From a virus: a DNA stretch of 64,000 nucleotides. Position 1 is the first letter of the stretch; every line of letters starts with the position of its first letter. A program made the translations under genes and the position numbers. The stretch spans positions 1 to 64,000 of IMG/VR virus record IMGVR_UViG_3300013094_000026. One strand, written 5' to 3'. The notes beneath the pieces were generated by a model, which had not been told where the DNA came from, made no database searches, and was given only the letters and a program-made list of their open reading frames with translations. Shown here one piece after another: positions 10,418 through 20,060 of this stretch.

Positions 10418-10970
10418 AGATTTAATTATAGAGTTATCTAATGATCCATTTAATCCTGAAAAAAATTTTGCTGCAGCTGTAGAGTATGAAAAGAACAATC
10501 AAACTGCTTCAGCAGTTTCATTTTATTTAAGATCAGCAGAATATGGTTTTGAAACTCACAGAGATATTGTTTATACATCATTATTAAAAATGGCAAAGTG
10601 TTTTAATGATCAAAAAGGGCGGGAACACAGTGTAACAAAATCTCTTTTGCAGGCTTTACAATATAATCCAGATAGACCAGAAGCATATTTTTTTATGTCA
10701 AATTATTATGAATCAATCGCTGAATGGCAAGAATGTTACACCTGGGCAGAATTAGGTTTAAACAAGATTAATAATTCTTTTGATGAGTTACCTGCTGATG
10801 TTGATTATTCTGGAGAATATTGTCTCATTTTTGAAAAAGCTGTAAGTGGTTGGTGGATCGGGCGGAAGGAAGAGTCAATAATTTTATTTAATAACTTACT
10901 AGATAACTATGATATGAAAGAAGATTATGTTCAAGCCTGCATTAATAATTTAAATAGTATATTAAATTGA
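10407..10970 (+). CDS. TPR-repeat protein
   Basis: GAGGAGG SD supports ATG 10407; helical repeats (ALQYNPDRPEAYFF). Confidence 0.7.
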   Translation: MLIEDLIIELSNDPFNPEKNFAAAVEYEKNNQTASAVSFYLRSAEYGFETHRDIVYTSLLKMAKCFNDQKGREHSVTKSLLQALQYNPDRPEAYFFMSNYYESIAEWQECYTWAELGLNKINNSFDELPADVDYSGEYCLIFEKAVSGWWIGRKEESIILFNNLLDNYDMKEDYVQACINNLNSILN

Positions 10971-11056
10971 GTGGTTTATATCATTATTTTTAATAAAAAT
11001 GGCAGTCATATGTTCATTTTTTAGGCTTTAGCACACTATAGTGGTATTATGTCTAT

Positions 11057-11395
11057 ATGGGTAAAATGAAAATAACACCAATTGATGAAGTAAATTGGGG
11101 GCTATATGCCTGGCAGATGCCAGATGGATCTTTAGTTATGGATGAAGAGGGAGGATATTTAAGTATTTCCTCCTTAAAAGGTGACATTCGTCAAATTAAA
11201 AAATTAAAAGATGCTGCTAAACATTATGGTCTTGAAGGAGGAAAACCAATATTTTTTGCAGGACATCGTGCAGTTACAGACGAAGAATTAGCTGAACAAA
11301 AGCAGAGGCTTGAAATGGGGCTAGTACCAGATACTCAAGATATGCCTGCAATGATGGATTATGTTAAAGAGATGAGGGACATGAAAATTGGCTAA
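11057..11395 (+). CDS. Hypothetical protein upstream of portal
   Basis: ORF overlapping the portal start; TGGTATTAT 6 nt upstream of ATG. Confidence 0.7.
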   Translation: MGKMKITPIDEVNWGLYAWQMPDGSLVMDEEGGYLSISSLKGDIRQIKKLKDAAKHYGLEGGKPIFFAGHRAVTDEELAEQKQRLEMGLVPDTQDMPAMMDYVKEMRDMKIG

Positions 11396-12962
11396 TTTAA
11401 ATATTGCTGATGAAGATGATTTTAATGAAGAAGGTATTGCTGTAAAAATTGGAACTCAGCATACTACTGAACAAGAGTTTGATGACCCATTTAATTCATC
11501 ATGGGAAGATATTAAAAAGGCTGATGGCTTAAGTCCTAATTTCCGTCGTCAAGTAAATAGAATGGAAAAATCATTTACTGGTATTGGTGATGCAAAATCA
11601 AAGAAACTTGATCCACTTGATCTTACAGGATATTCATTATTTCAGATTGTACAGCCACCATACAATGTATTGTATCTAGCACAACTTTACGACATTTCTC
11701 CATATCATCATTCAGCAGTAAATGCTAAAGCAGCTAACGTTGTTGGACTGGGGTATAAGTTTGAAGAGACTTGGGCAACAATTCAAAAAGTTGAAGCAAG
11801 CATGGATAACCCAAAAAGACTTGATAAGTTACGTTCAAATATTGAAAAAGCAAAAGTTGAATTACGTGAATTTCTTGAATCATTAAATTCAGATGATTCA
11901 TTTATTGAAAATATGAAAAAAGTTTTTATTGATCTAGAGTCAACAGGAAATGCTTATCTTGAAGTTGGTCGCACATCAACTGGCAAGATTGGTTACATTG
12001 GTCATATTCCTACAACAACTATGAGAATTCGCCGTCACCGTGATGGTTTTGTTCAAGTTGTATATAACCGCTATACATTTTTTAGAAACTTCGGTGATAC
12101 CGAGACCCCAGATCAGATAGGTACTGATCCCCAGCCGAACGAAGTAATTCACTTTAAAGTATTTACTCCGTCAAATACCTACTATGGAGTTCCAGATATT
12201 TTATCAGCAAAAAATGCCGTTGCTGGTGATGAATTTGCACAACGTTTCAATTTAGATTATTTTGAGAATAAAGCTGTTCCACGTTATATTATTACAGTAA
12301 AGGGTGCTAAACTTACTGCTGATTCAGAGCGTAAATTGCTTGAATTTTTTCAAACAGGTTTGCGTGGAAGAAACCATAGAACACTTTACATACCTTTGCC
12401 ATCAGATGGTGAGCAAGGACGTGTAGAGTTTGATATGAAGCCTGTTGAGGCGGGGGTTCAAGATTCTTCATTTAAGAATTATGCAGTAGAAAATAGAGAC
12501 CGTATTCTTATCTCTCATAGAGTACCTATTAGTAAAATTGGTATGCCACAAGGTGTTTCACTAGCAAATGCTAAAGATGCAGATAAAACATTTAAAGAGC
12601 AGGTATGTCGTCCAAGACAAGAGGAACTTGAAAACAAAATCAATAGAATTATTGCTGAATTTACTGATGCATTTGTTTTAAGATTCAATGAACTTGCACT
12701 TACAGATGAAGAGACACAATCAAGAATTGATGATCGTTATCTTAAAGATCAAGTTATTACTCCAAATGAAGTTCGTTCACGTAAAGGCCTTGCACCGTTG
12801 TCTGGAGGAGATCAAGTTCTTATCATTAATCCTAAAGCTGCACAAGATGCAGCATCAGATGCAAGTGGTAATAAAACTAGAAGTCAAGAACGCACACTAG
12901 GTGCAAACGATAAAATGGGACAAGCAAGAAATGCTAAAGGTGAAGGAAGATCACAGGCATAA
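11388..12962 (+). CDS. Portal protein
   Basis: TGNAYLEV, EVIHFK..YYGVP and ITPNEVRSRKGLAPL portal motifs; TTG start. Confidence 0.92.
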   Translation: MANLNIADEDDFNEEGIAVKIGTQHTTEQEFDDPFNSSWEDIKKADGLSPNFRRQVNRMEKSFTGIGDAKSKKLDPLDLTGYSLFQIVQPPYNVLYLAQLYDISPYHHSAVNAKAANVVGLGYKFEETWATIQKVEASMDNPKRLDKLRSNIEKAKVELREFLESLNSDDSFIENMKKVFIDLESTGNAYLEVGRTSTGKIGYIGHIPTTTMRIRRHRDGFVQVVYNRYTFFRNFGDTETPDQIGTDPQPNEVIHFKVFTPSNTYYGVPDILSAKNAVAGDEFAQRFNLDYFENKAVPRYIITVKGAKLTADSERKLLEFFQTGLRGRNHRTLYIPLPSDGEQGRVEFDMKPVEAGVQDSSFKNYAVENRDRILISHRVPISKIGMPQGVSLANAKDADKTFKEQVCRPRQEELENKINRIIAEFTDAFVLRFNELALTDEETQSRIDDRYLKDQVITPNEVRSRKGLAPLSGGDQVLIINPKAAQDAASDASGNKTRSQERTLGANDKMGQARNAKGEGRSQA

Positions 12963-12965
12963 AAA

Positions 12966-13817
12966 ATGTTTTCAGCATTAGATGTTATAAATGTAGCTCG
13001 TAGTCAAATAGGTTTTTATGAAGGGCCTAATAATGAAAATCCATACGGAATTTGGTATAACGTGCCAAATGCTCCGTACTGTGCGATAGGAATTAGTTGG
13101 TGTTTCGGTCAACTTGGGTTATCACATTTAATTGCTGCACAAACTCCAAAAGGTTTTCATTATAATCCTACAGCTTTGCATTGGTTTCAAATGCAAGGAC
13201 TTATTGTAAATAAAATGCAAATGCAACCAGGCGACTTAGTTATGTTTGACTGGAATGGTGATGGTGTTGCAGATCATGTTGAGTTGTGTGAAGCAGCAAG
13301 CCCTGGAGGATTTACTACAATTGGTTTTAATACTGGAAATCCAAATGATCCAACTAGAGAAGGCTGTTGGAGAGTACATAGAAATTATCTATTTGTTATA
13401 GCAGTAATTAGACCTAGATATCCAGTTATTGTTAAACCAACAGTTGCAGTAAATAATACTAAAAAAGCAACAGCAGGAGTTGCAGCAACAGGAGCAGCAG
13501 TTGCGGGAGCAACAGGAGCAGTCCATACAGGAGTTAATACAACTACACCAGTAACAACTAAGCCAAGTACAGTATTTATTGCACCTCCATTTCCTGCAAG
13601 TCAATCTAAATTTAATATAGGTCAAAAAAATGATGCAGTTATGACTGTACAAAAAGCACTTGTTAAAAAAGGTTTGCTTGCTTCAAAATATGCAACAGGT
13701 ACAATGAATAAACAGACAAAGGCAGCATTAGTTAAATTTGATCAAAAGCTTGGAATTATAGTTCAAGGTGGAGCAGTTCCACAAATTGTTTACGATAATT
13801 TAAAGGGGGCATTATGA
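12966..13817 (+). CDS. Endolysin (CHAP amidase + peptidoglycan-binding domain)
   Basis: PYCAIGISW catalytic Cys, PGDLVMFDW..ADHV, Thr/Ala linker, C-terminal VQKAL...TG.MNKQTKAALVKF PG-binding-like domain. Confidence 0.85.
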   Translation: MFSALDVINVARSQIGFYEGPNNENPYGIWYNVPNAPYCAIGISWCFGQLGLSHLIAAQTPKGFHYNPTALHWFQMQGLIVNKMQMQPGDLVMFDWNGDGVADHVELCEAASPGGFTTIGFNTGNPNDPTREGCWRVHRNYLFVIAVIRPRYPVIVKPTVAVNNTKKATAGVAATGAAVAGATGAVHTGVNTTTPVTTKPSTVFIAPPFPASQSKFNIGQKNDAVMTVQKALVKKGLLASKYATGTMNKQTKAALVKFDQKLGIIVQGGAVPQIVYDNLKGAL

Positions 13818-14155
13818 GTTTAAAACACCATTTTAAATTTAATATTTCAGATGCTAAGCAGCTTGGTATAGCTCTTATAAGCTCATATGGAATGTGGGCA
13901 GCGACGGGATTTCAAAAGAATATTACAGGCCTTCTATACCCCGTTATGGGCTTTATAACAGGGGGTCTAGCATCTCACAACTCAATGTCATCTCCAAATG
14001 TAATGCCAGATTCTCATATTCAAACACCCTATGTTAACAATATAGATGATGGAAATAAGGGTGTTCCAGAACCAATATCAGAAGTAAAAATTTATAAACC
14101 AGAAGGGACGGATGTAAAAAAAGTCATCCAAATTAATAGCAACATTATAAAATAG
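13814..14155 (+). CDS. Holin-like membrane protein
   Basis: Two N-terminal hydrophobic segments; directly follows the endolysin. Confidence 0.5.
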   Translation: MSLKHHFKFNISDAKQLGIALISSYGMWAATGFQKNITGLLYPVMGFITGGLASHNSMSSPNVMPDSHIQTPYVNNIDDGNKGVPEPISEVKIYKPEGTDVKKVIQINSNIIK

Positions 14156-14206
14156 TTTTTTCCAAATTATGCGTTATTTATAATAAATGCTATTATTTAT
14201 TTACAT

Positions 14207-15634
14207 ATGGAACTACAAAAAACTTATTGGCAGAATAGCGAGTCATCTACGGCTCTTCATTTTCCTATTACTAAAGTTGATAAGGAAAAGAGACTAGTAT
14301 CTGGTTTCGCATCCTTAGACAATGTTGACCGTCATGGCGATATTGTTACCGCAGATGCAAACAAGAAAGCCTTTGAAAGATTCAGAGGAAACATTCGTGA
14401 GATGCATGGACCAACAGCAGTTGGCAAAATGGTTAAATTTAAACATGATAAATTTTTTGATCCAGAAACACAAAAGAGTTATAACGGAGTATATGTAACT
14501 GCATATATTTCAAAAGGTGCACAAGATGCATGGGAAAAGTGCTTAGATGGTACTTATTCAGGATTCTCCATTGGCGGAAATATTAATGATGCTAAGATGG
14601 AAAAAGTGGACGGGGATAATGAAACCCGCCGAGTTATTCATGACTATGATCTACATGAATTGTCATTAGTAGATTCACCAGCAAATCAGTTAGCTAATTT
14701 TTTCTCTATTGAAAAGAATACAGATGGAAGTACATTTGTAAAAGGTATGATTGAAGGAATTACATTGGAAAATGTATTCTGGTGCAAGAATGATGAAATT
14801 GCATCAACATCAGAAGCAACAACAAAAGATTGTGTTGTATGTGATGCACAAATGGAAAATATTGGTTGGGTTGAACAAGCAGATCTTGAAAAATTTGAAG
14901 CAATTGAAAAAGTGATTGATTCTTATTTTAAGAAAGATGATGCTCCAACATCAGCACATGAAGCAACGGAGACAGCAGCTCCAGGTTTGGCGGGGAATGT
15001 TATTGATAGCAATGCTTCAATTAATCTTTATCCTGATCAAAATACAAAACAAAAAGTTACGTTTGAAGACGGACTTAAAAAGAGCGATGAAATTTTGCTC
15101 ACAGAAGGAGGTAACAAAATGGCAGAAGATACAGATACAACAATTGAGAAGTCAATTGATGTAGAGACTCCAGCCGAAGAGGTTACAAGCACTGAATCAG
15201 TTTCAGATGTTGCAGTTGAAAAATCTGCAGAAGTTTCTGAAGTTGAAGATGTACTTGATTTTACAAAGATGGTCACTGACCTCAAGACCTTCTTTGGTGA
15301 GTCTATTGAAAAGAACTATTCTCTACAGTCAGCTACTATTGCAGATCTCAAGAAAGTTGTTGATGCAACTAATACTGAGCTTGCAAAAGTTAATTCTTCA
15401 TATGAGGATTTGAAGAAAGCACATACAGAGCTTGTAGAAAAGCATGATGCAATCATGAAGACAGTTGAAGATCTTGGTGGCAAGATTGAATATGTTGACC
15501 ATCAACTTAAGGGATTTGAATCCGCAACTGCAGTACAGAAGTCCGTTGGTGTTTCGGCTCCAATCGGAGTAACAAAAAATCAAAAAAGTATATGGCAAGG
15601 ACACTTCCTCGGTGTTAATACCCTAACTAACTAA
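14207..15634 (+). CDS. Prohead protease fused to scaffold
   Basis: GNIREMH, GFSIGG and ELSLVDSPAN HK97-type protease motifs; acidic, coiled-coil C-terminal half. Confidence 0.9.
   Translation: MELQKTYWQNSESSTALHFPITKVDKEKRLVSGFASLDNVDRHGDIVTADANKKAFERFRGNIREMHGPTAVGKMVKFKHDKFFDPETQKSYNGVYVTAYISKGAQDAWEKCLDGTYSGFSIGGNINDAKMEKVDGDNETRRVIHDYDLHELSLVDSPANQLANFFSIEKNTDGSTFVKGMIEGITLENVFWCKNDEIASTSEATTKDCVVCDAQMENIGWVEQADLEKFEAIEKVIDSYFKKDDAPTSAHEATETAAPGLAGNVIDSNASINLYPDQNTKQKVTFEDGLKKSDEILLTEGGNKMAEDTDTTIEKSIDVETPAEEVTSTESVSDVAVEKSAEVSEVEDVLDFTKMVTDLKTFFGESIEKNYSLQSATIADLKKVVDATNTELAKVNSSYEDLKKAHTELVEKHDAIMKTVEDLGGKIEYVDHQLKGFESATAVQKSVGVSAPIGVTKNQKSIWQGHFLGVNTLTN
15119..15634 (+). CDS. Putative nested scaffold protein (internal in-frame start)
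   Basis: AAGGAGGT at 15105-15112 precedes in-frame ATG 15119 (MAEDTDTTIEKS...). Confidence 0.65.
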   Translation: MAEDTDTTIEKSIDVETPAEEVTSTESVSDVAVEKSAEVSEVEDVLDFTKMVTDLKTFFGESIEKNYSLQSATIADLKKVVDATNTELAKVNSSYEDLKKAHTELVEKHDAIMKTVEDLGGKIEYVDHQLKGFESATAVQKSVGVSAPIGVTKNQKSIWQGHFLGVNTLTN

Positions 15635-15665
15635 ACTAAAAAAAATAAGGTGGTGAAATAAATAA

Positions 15666-16817
15666 ATGAGTAATGAACTTCTACAAAAAGTAATTGATAC
15701 TACGGACCTCGGTTCTTCAGCAGTTAATGCATCTGGAGACGCTTCTAACTTATCTGGTAATGGTTTACTATATCCAGATCAGGCTAATCGTTTCTTGGAT
15801 TACATGTGGGATGCAACAATCCTAGCTAAGGCAGCTCGTACAATCCGTATGCGTTCAAATACAACCGAAATTGATCGTGTTGCTATTGGACAACGTATCA
15901 TGACAGTTGCACAAGAGGACAACCCTCGTAATTTTGTTGCTAGTGGAGATAGCTATACAAACGCTAATTCAACAACTTTCTCAGCACAAAATGCAACATT
16001 CAATAAGGTTTCGCTTACAACACGTAAGCTTCGCCTTGACTGGGAACTTTCAGCAGAGTCTCTTGAAGACAATATTGAAGGTCCAGATCTAGAAGATCAC
16101 ATTGCAAGACTTATGGCTACCCAGGCTGGTAACGATATTGAGGATACCCTTATTAACGGTACAGGCACAGGATCTGGTCTTATGTCAGCATTCGCAGGTT
16201 TCCGCACATTGGCTCTTAACAACGCACACGTTGTTGATGCAGCAGGTGCAGGACTAGACAAAAACGTATTTAATAACGCAATCAAAGCATTGCCACGTAA
16301 GTACAAGCAACGTCGTAACCAACTCCGATTCTTCACTGGATCTAACTTGGTACAAGATTACCTATACAACCTCACAGCTATGACTTCAACGGGATTCAAT
16401 CCATTTGATATCGCTTCAGGCATCATTCGTGGTGACGTAGCAGCTAACGATGGTGGTCCAGGTTCTGTAACACCATACGCATTTGGTATCCCAGTTATCA
16501 ACGTTCCGTTGATGGTTGAGACACAAACAGGTGACTATAGTGGTGCAGCAGGTTTACATGGAGATGTACATCTTACATTCCCACAAAACTTCATCATTGG
16601 TATTAAGCGTGACGTAACAGTCTATCGTCTTTTCCAGCCAAAGAAAGACACAATTGAATACACACTATTCATTCGTGTTGGTTGCGTAATGGAAAACTAC
16701 GATGCACACGTTATCGTTAAGAATATCAAGGTTGCAGGAACAGCTGGCGGAACAGGATCTTTGGCAGTAACAAATGGTCCAAATGTAACTGGCGGTCAAA
16801 ACGGAAATACATACTAA
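15666..16817 (+). CDS. Major capsid protein (HK97 fold)
   Basis: Follows protease; GLLYPDQANRF, ELSAESLEDNIEG and TIEYTLFIR; strong SD; terminator downstream. Confidence 0.92.
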   Translation: MSNELLQKVIDTTDLGSSAVNASGDASNLSGNGLLYPDQANRFLDYMWDATILAKAARTIRMRSNTTEIDRVAIGQRIMTVAQEDNPRNFVASGDSYTNANSTTFSAQNATFNKVSLTTRKLRLDWELSAESLEDNIEGPDLEDHIARLMATQAGNDIEDTLINGTGTGSGLMSAFAGFRTLALNNAHVVDAAGAGLDKNVFNNAIKALPRKYKQRRNQLRFFTGSNLVQDYLYNLTAMTSTGFNPFDIASGIIRGDVAANDGGPGSVTPYAFGIPVINVPLMVETQTGDYSGAAGLHGDVHLTFPQNFIIGIKRDVTVYRLFQPKKDTIEYTLFIRVGCVMENYDAHVIVKNIKVAGTAGGTGSLAVTNGPNVTGGQNGNTY

Positions 16818-16833
16818 TATTTATTAGTTGCAA

Positions 16834-16869
16834 GGCGGGGGATTACTTAGGTAGTCCCCTTAGCCATTT
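16834..16869 (+). terminator. Terminator hairpin after major capsid gene
   Basis: GGGGGATTAC-TTAG-GTAGTCCCCT stem-loop. Confidence 0.7.
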
Positions 16870-16902
16870 AATGGTATAATTAACAATGACGAAAGGATAT
16901 AA

Positions 16903-17301
16903 ATGTCATTCTCAGATTTAAAACTTACAGATTTAAGAAAAGTAGCAGACTCTTTTGGAGTTGATGCTGCACAATCTAAAACAAAACAAGAAGTCATTGC
17001 ACTTCTTGAAGAAGAAGGTATTACATACCAAATGTATGCTAAATTTACAGAATCAGAAAAAGAAGAGATTAAGATTACTGAATTTGAAAAAAAGGCAAGA
17101 GAAAAAAAGATTTTAAAGACAACTAATTCAGTTTTAGTAAAAATGGAAAGAAATAATCATTCTTTTCAAGTAGATGGATATACTTTTTCACAAGAGCATC
17201 CATTTGTAGCAATGCCAGAATCTGATGCTCAAAGAATTTTTGATACTCAGACTGGTTTCCGCCTTGCGACTCCACGAGAGGCTCAAGAGTACTACGCATA
17301 A
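16903..17301 (+). CDS. Head-associated hypothetical protein with HeH/Rho-N-like N-terminus
   Basis: LKLTDLRKVADSFGV...TKQEVIALL; own TGGTATAAT and SD. Confidence 0.6.
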   Translation: MSFSDLKLTDLRKVADSFGVDAAQSKTKQEVIALLEEEGITYQMYAKFTESEKEEIKITEFEKKAREKKILKTTNSVLVKMERNNHSFQVDGYTFSQEHPFVAMPESDAQRIFDTQTGFRLATPREAQEYYA

Positions 17302-17315
17302 AGGGGGTGCTTTGA

Positions 17316-18266
17316 TTGCAAACAATCAACACCAATAGTCAGGAAAAAATAGAATTACAGGTTTATATTGAAGGGGTTTTATCTCAAGCTGATTCAACCC
17401 CAACATTATCAATTTATGATGCAGATAATGATGCTTCACCAATTTCTGGATTTGATAACATAACATCTTATGATGAAGATCCAGCAGGTATTTATTCTTT
17501 TCTCTTGACCCCATTAATTACTAATATTAATCGTGTTTTAGAAGTAAAGTGGAATTATACAGTAAATGGTGTTCCAGTAGTTCAGACAGATTTTTATCAA
17601 GTTGAAACTCCTTATGCTACAGTTTCAGAAACTGTAGATTTTCTACAATTTGGCTCGGAACCATTTGAACCAAATTTTGTTGATCCAAAAGCAATTGTAA
17701 GTGCTGAAAAAGTAGCAAGAACAATTATTGAAGGTTATACTGGTATTAATTTTTACACATACTACGGTTTTCAAGAAGTATATGGAATTGGTGCTAATAC
17801 TGTTCAACTAACAGAAAAAATGTTAAATGTTGACCAGATCTGGGAAAATCAAATTTTGGTTTATGATGGCACACAGGATCCTATCTATAATACTTTTGGC
17901 TATAATACAGAGCTAAGTCCTTCAGGATACCAACTCCGTATATGGTATCCAGCTTTTCCAGATGGTTGGAATAATGAAATGGATCCAGTTGTTTATGAAT
18001 CAGGTCGCTTTAGAGATCAGTACCTATATCGCTTTGTAGGACAAATTGGATACAAATATGTTCCAGAAGATATTAAATTAGCATCTATGCTATTAATCAA
18101 TGACATTCTATCAAATGACTATAACTGGAGGAACAAGTATTTGTCTCAAGTTGAACTTAGCGAAATTTCGTTTAAGATGGCTGGCGGGGCATTTAATGGT
18201 ACAGGTAATATTACAGTAGATAATATTCTTGATCAATACCGTAAGACAAATATTGTTATTATATAA
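17316..18266 (+). CDS. Head-to-tail adaptor
   Basis: PYATVSE, ARTIIEGYTG and VPEDIKLASMLL motifs; position after capsid genes. Confidence 0.75.
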   Translation: MQTINTNSQEKIELQVYIEGVLSQADSTPTLSIYDADNDASPISGFDNITSYDEDPAGIYSFLLTPLITNINRVLEVKWNYTVNGVPVVQTDFYQVETPYATVSETVDFLQFGSEPFEPNFVDPKAIVSAEKVARTIIEGYTGINFYTYYGFQEVYGIGANTVQLTEKMLNVDQIWENQILVYDGTQDPIYNTFGYNTELSPSGYQLRIWYPAFPDGWNNEMDPVVYESGRFRDQYLYRFVGQIGYKYVPEDIKLASMLLINDILSNDYNWRNKYLSQVELSEISFKMAGGAFNGTGNITVDNILDQYRKTNIVII

Positions 18267-18724
18267 TGTTTAATAAAAACTTAGCAAACTCATTTATAGG
18301 CTCAGTCATGAATATGTCTGCAGATATTTATACACAACAAAATATTCAAGATACTGATACGGGTGCTATTAAACGTGAATGGGTTTACACTAAAACCATT
18401 CAATGTAAAATAGAACCAGTTAAAATGAAAGGTGCTTCAACCAGAACAGATAACAAGTCTTTTGCAAAAACTTCTGACATGAATTACGATGAAAAAATGC
18501 AATTAAAGATGTATTGTTTTGAACTGATGAGTAAGCGTTGGCGTGTTGAAAATATAAGATCAAGTGATAATCAACAAATATTTATTGAAATTGATAAAAT
18601 TGATCATCCAGATACAAAATTTGAGGTTACTGCAGCACACGCAATACTAGACCCATTTGGAAAAGTTGCTTACTATGAGGCAGTTCTGTTAAGAACCGAG
18701 GTTCAAGATGACAGTCAAGCTTGA
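18266..18724 (+). CDS. Head-to-tail stopper / head closure
   Basis: Size, beta-rich sequence and synteny. Confidence 0.6.
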   Translation: MFNKNLANSFIGSVMNMSADIYTQQNIQDTDTGAIKREWVYTKTIQCKIEPVKMKGASTRTDNKSFAKTSDMNYDEKMQLKMYCFELMSKRWRVENIRSSDNQQIFIEIDKIDHPDTKFEVTAAHAILDPFGKVAYYEAVLLRTEVQDDSQA

Positions 18725-19433
18725 AATTGATGGAGCACAAATAGGTTCAGAGCTCTCTGCTTGGATGGGCGGAATTGAAGAATTAACAAAGTCATCAGTA
18801 TTAACACAACTAGTTAGACCTGTGTTTACAATTACAGGAAAACGCTTTGTTATTGATGTTGATAATTATTCAAGAATGAATCCAAAAAAAATGCACCATG
18901 TTTATGAATGGGGTAAGATTGGTCAGTCAGATGGAAGACTTTTTGTAATTGAAAGAGGCCAAATATTAAGTGGAAACCTTGTAATTAATACAAAATTCTT
19001 GCCATCAAAAATGCCAGTTCCAATTAATCCAGAGTTACTGCAGCCAGGCAAAACAGGTAAATCTGTTTCAAAGCAAAGCATTTTTGCAAATAAAGCAGAA
19101 GTCATGGAGTCAGGTAGATCAGTTTCATTCTCTGCACAAAAAGTTTTAGCATTTATGGGTAGTAATGGAATTGTTTTTATAAAGCCTGGGACACAAGTAA
19201 ATATCTTGCATCCAGGTGGCATACAGACTAATAATTCTTTTGGGTCATATATGTTGGAATGGTATACTTCAAATGCAAATGCAGTTATGGATAGTTCTGG
19301 TTTTTATGATCAGATGGCTATTGATGTGGCTGCAGCAATGGAATCAAGTAATGGAAGAGCAAGTATTTCTGCAGTTAGATCAGCAATGTCAAAATTAGCA
19401 GATAGAGTAGATGCGGGGGAGATGATTGTATGA
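18708..19433 (+). CDS. Neck/tail completion protein
   Basis: Synteny between stopper and terminator. Confidence 0.5.
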   Translation: MTVKLEIDGAQIGSELSAWMGGIEELTKSSVLTQLVRPVFTITGKRFVIDVDNYSRMNPKKMHHVYEWGKIGQSDGRLFVIERGQILSGNLVINTKFLPSKMPVPINPELLQPGKTGKSVSKQSIFANKAEVMESGRSVSFSAQKVLAFMGSNGIVFIKPGTQVNILHPGGIQTNNSFGSYMLEWYTSNANAVMDSSGFYDQMAIDVAAAMESSNGRASISAVRSAMSKLADRVDAGEMIV

Positions 19434-19957
19434 CAGTTGATTATTCAAGGATTGCAGCATACGATATAAGAAACTTTATATGGCAACAGCTACAGGACTC
19501 AGGTATTTTTAATCCATATGATTACGTGGCAGATGGATTCAATGCTCCTTTAACCCCAATAATTCCTTCACAGCAAATTCCAGAATTTAATAATTTGCTT
19601 CCAGGAAAATCATATATTACCTATGACATTATTCAGAAAAATTATGGAACTCAGTGGTGGATGTCTAATGAATCTATGGTATTACAGGTAGTTTCAAGAA
19701 GTAATGCTCAGATTGTAACTGTAATAAATTTCTTAACCGACCTATTTAGGAGATATGAGTTTTCAGCAGGAGACATCAATGTTTCAGCCAAAGCCTCTGG
19801 AAGTCCATTTAAATTCCTTTATTGTAGGCTAGAAAGTGCTAACCCAATTCAACCATTTATGGATGAGGGCGGGTTCATGAGCGGAGATTTTTCTATAAAT
19901 TATGTCTATACCAGAGAAGTGGATGAGTCAGCTTCAAATTCTGGAAGATATATCTAA
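19430..19957 (+). CDS. Tail terminator
   Basis: Size and position immediately before the tail tube. Confidence 0.6.
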   Translation: MTVDYSRIAAYDIRNFIWQQLQDSGIFNPYDYVADGFNAPLTPIIPSQQIPEFNNLLPGKSYITYDIIQKNYGTQWWMSNESMVLQVVSRSNAQIVTVINFLTDLFRRYEFSAGDINVSAKASGSPFKFLYCRLESANPIQPFMDEGGFMSGDFSINYVYTREVDESASNSGRYI

Positions 19958-20060
19958 ATTTGAATTATTTTAATTTAATGCTATGCTTTTCTATGAGGAA
20001 GTAAATTGTCATCTTTATTTTTTTTAAATTTAAATAAAATAAGGTGGTGAAATAAAAAAT

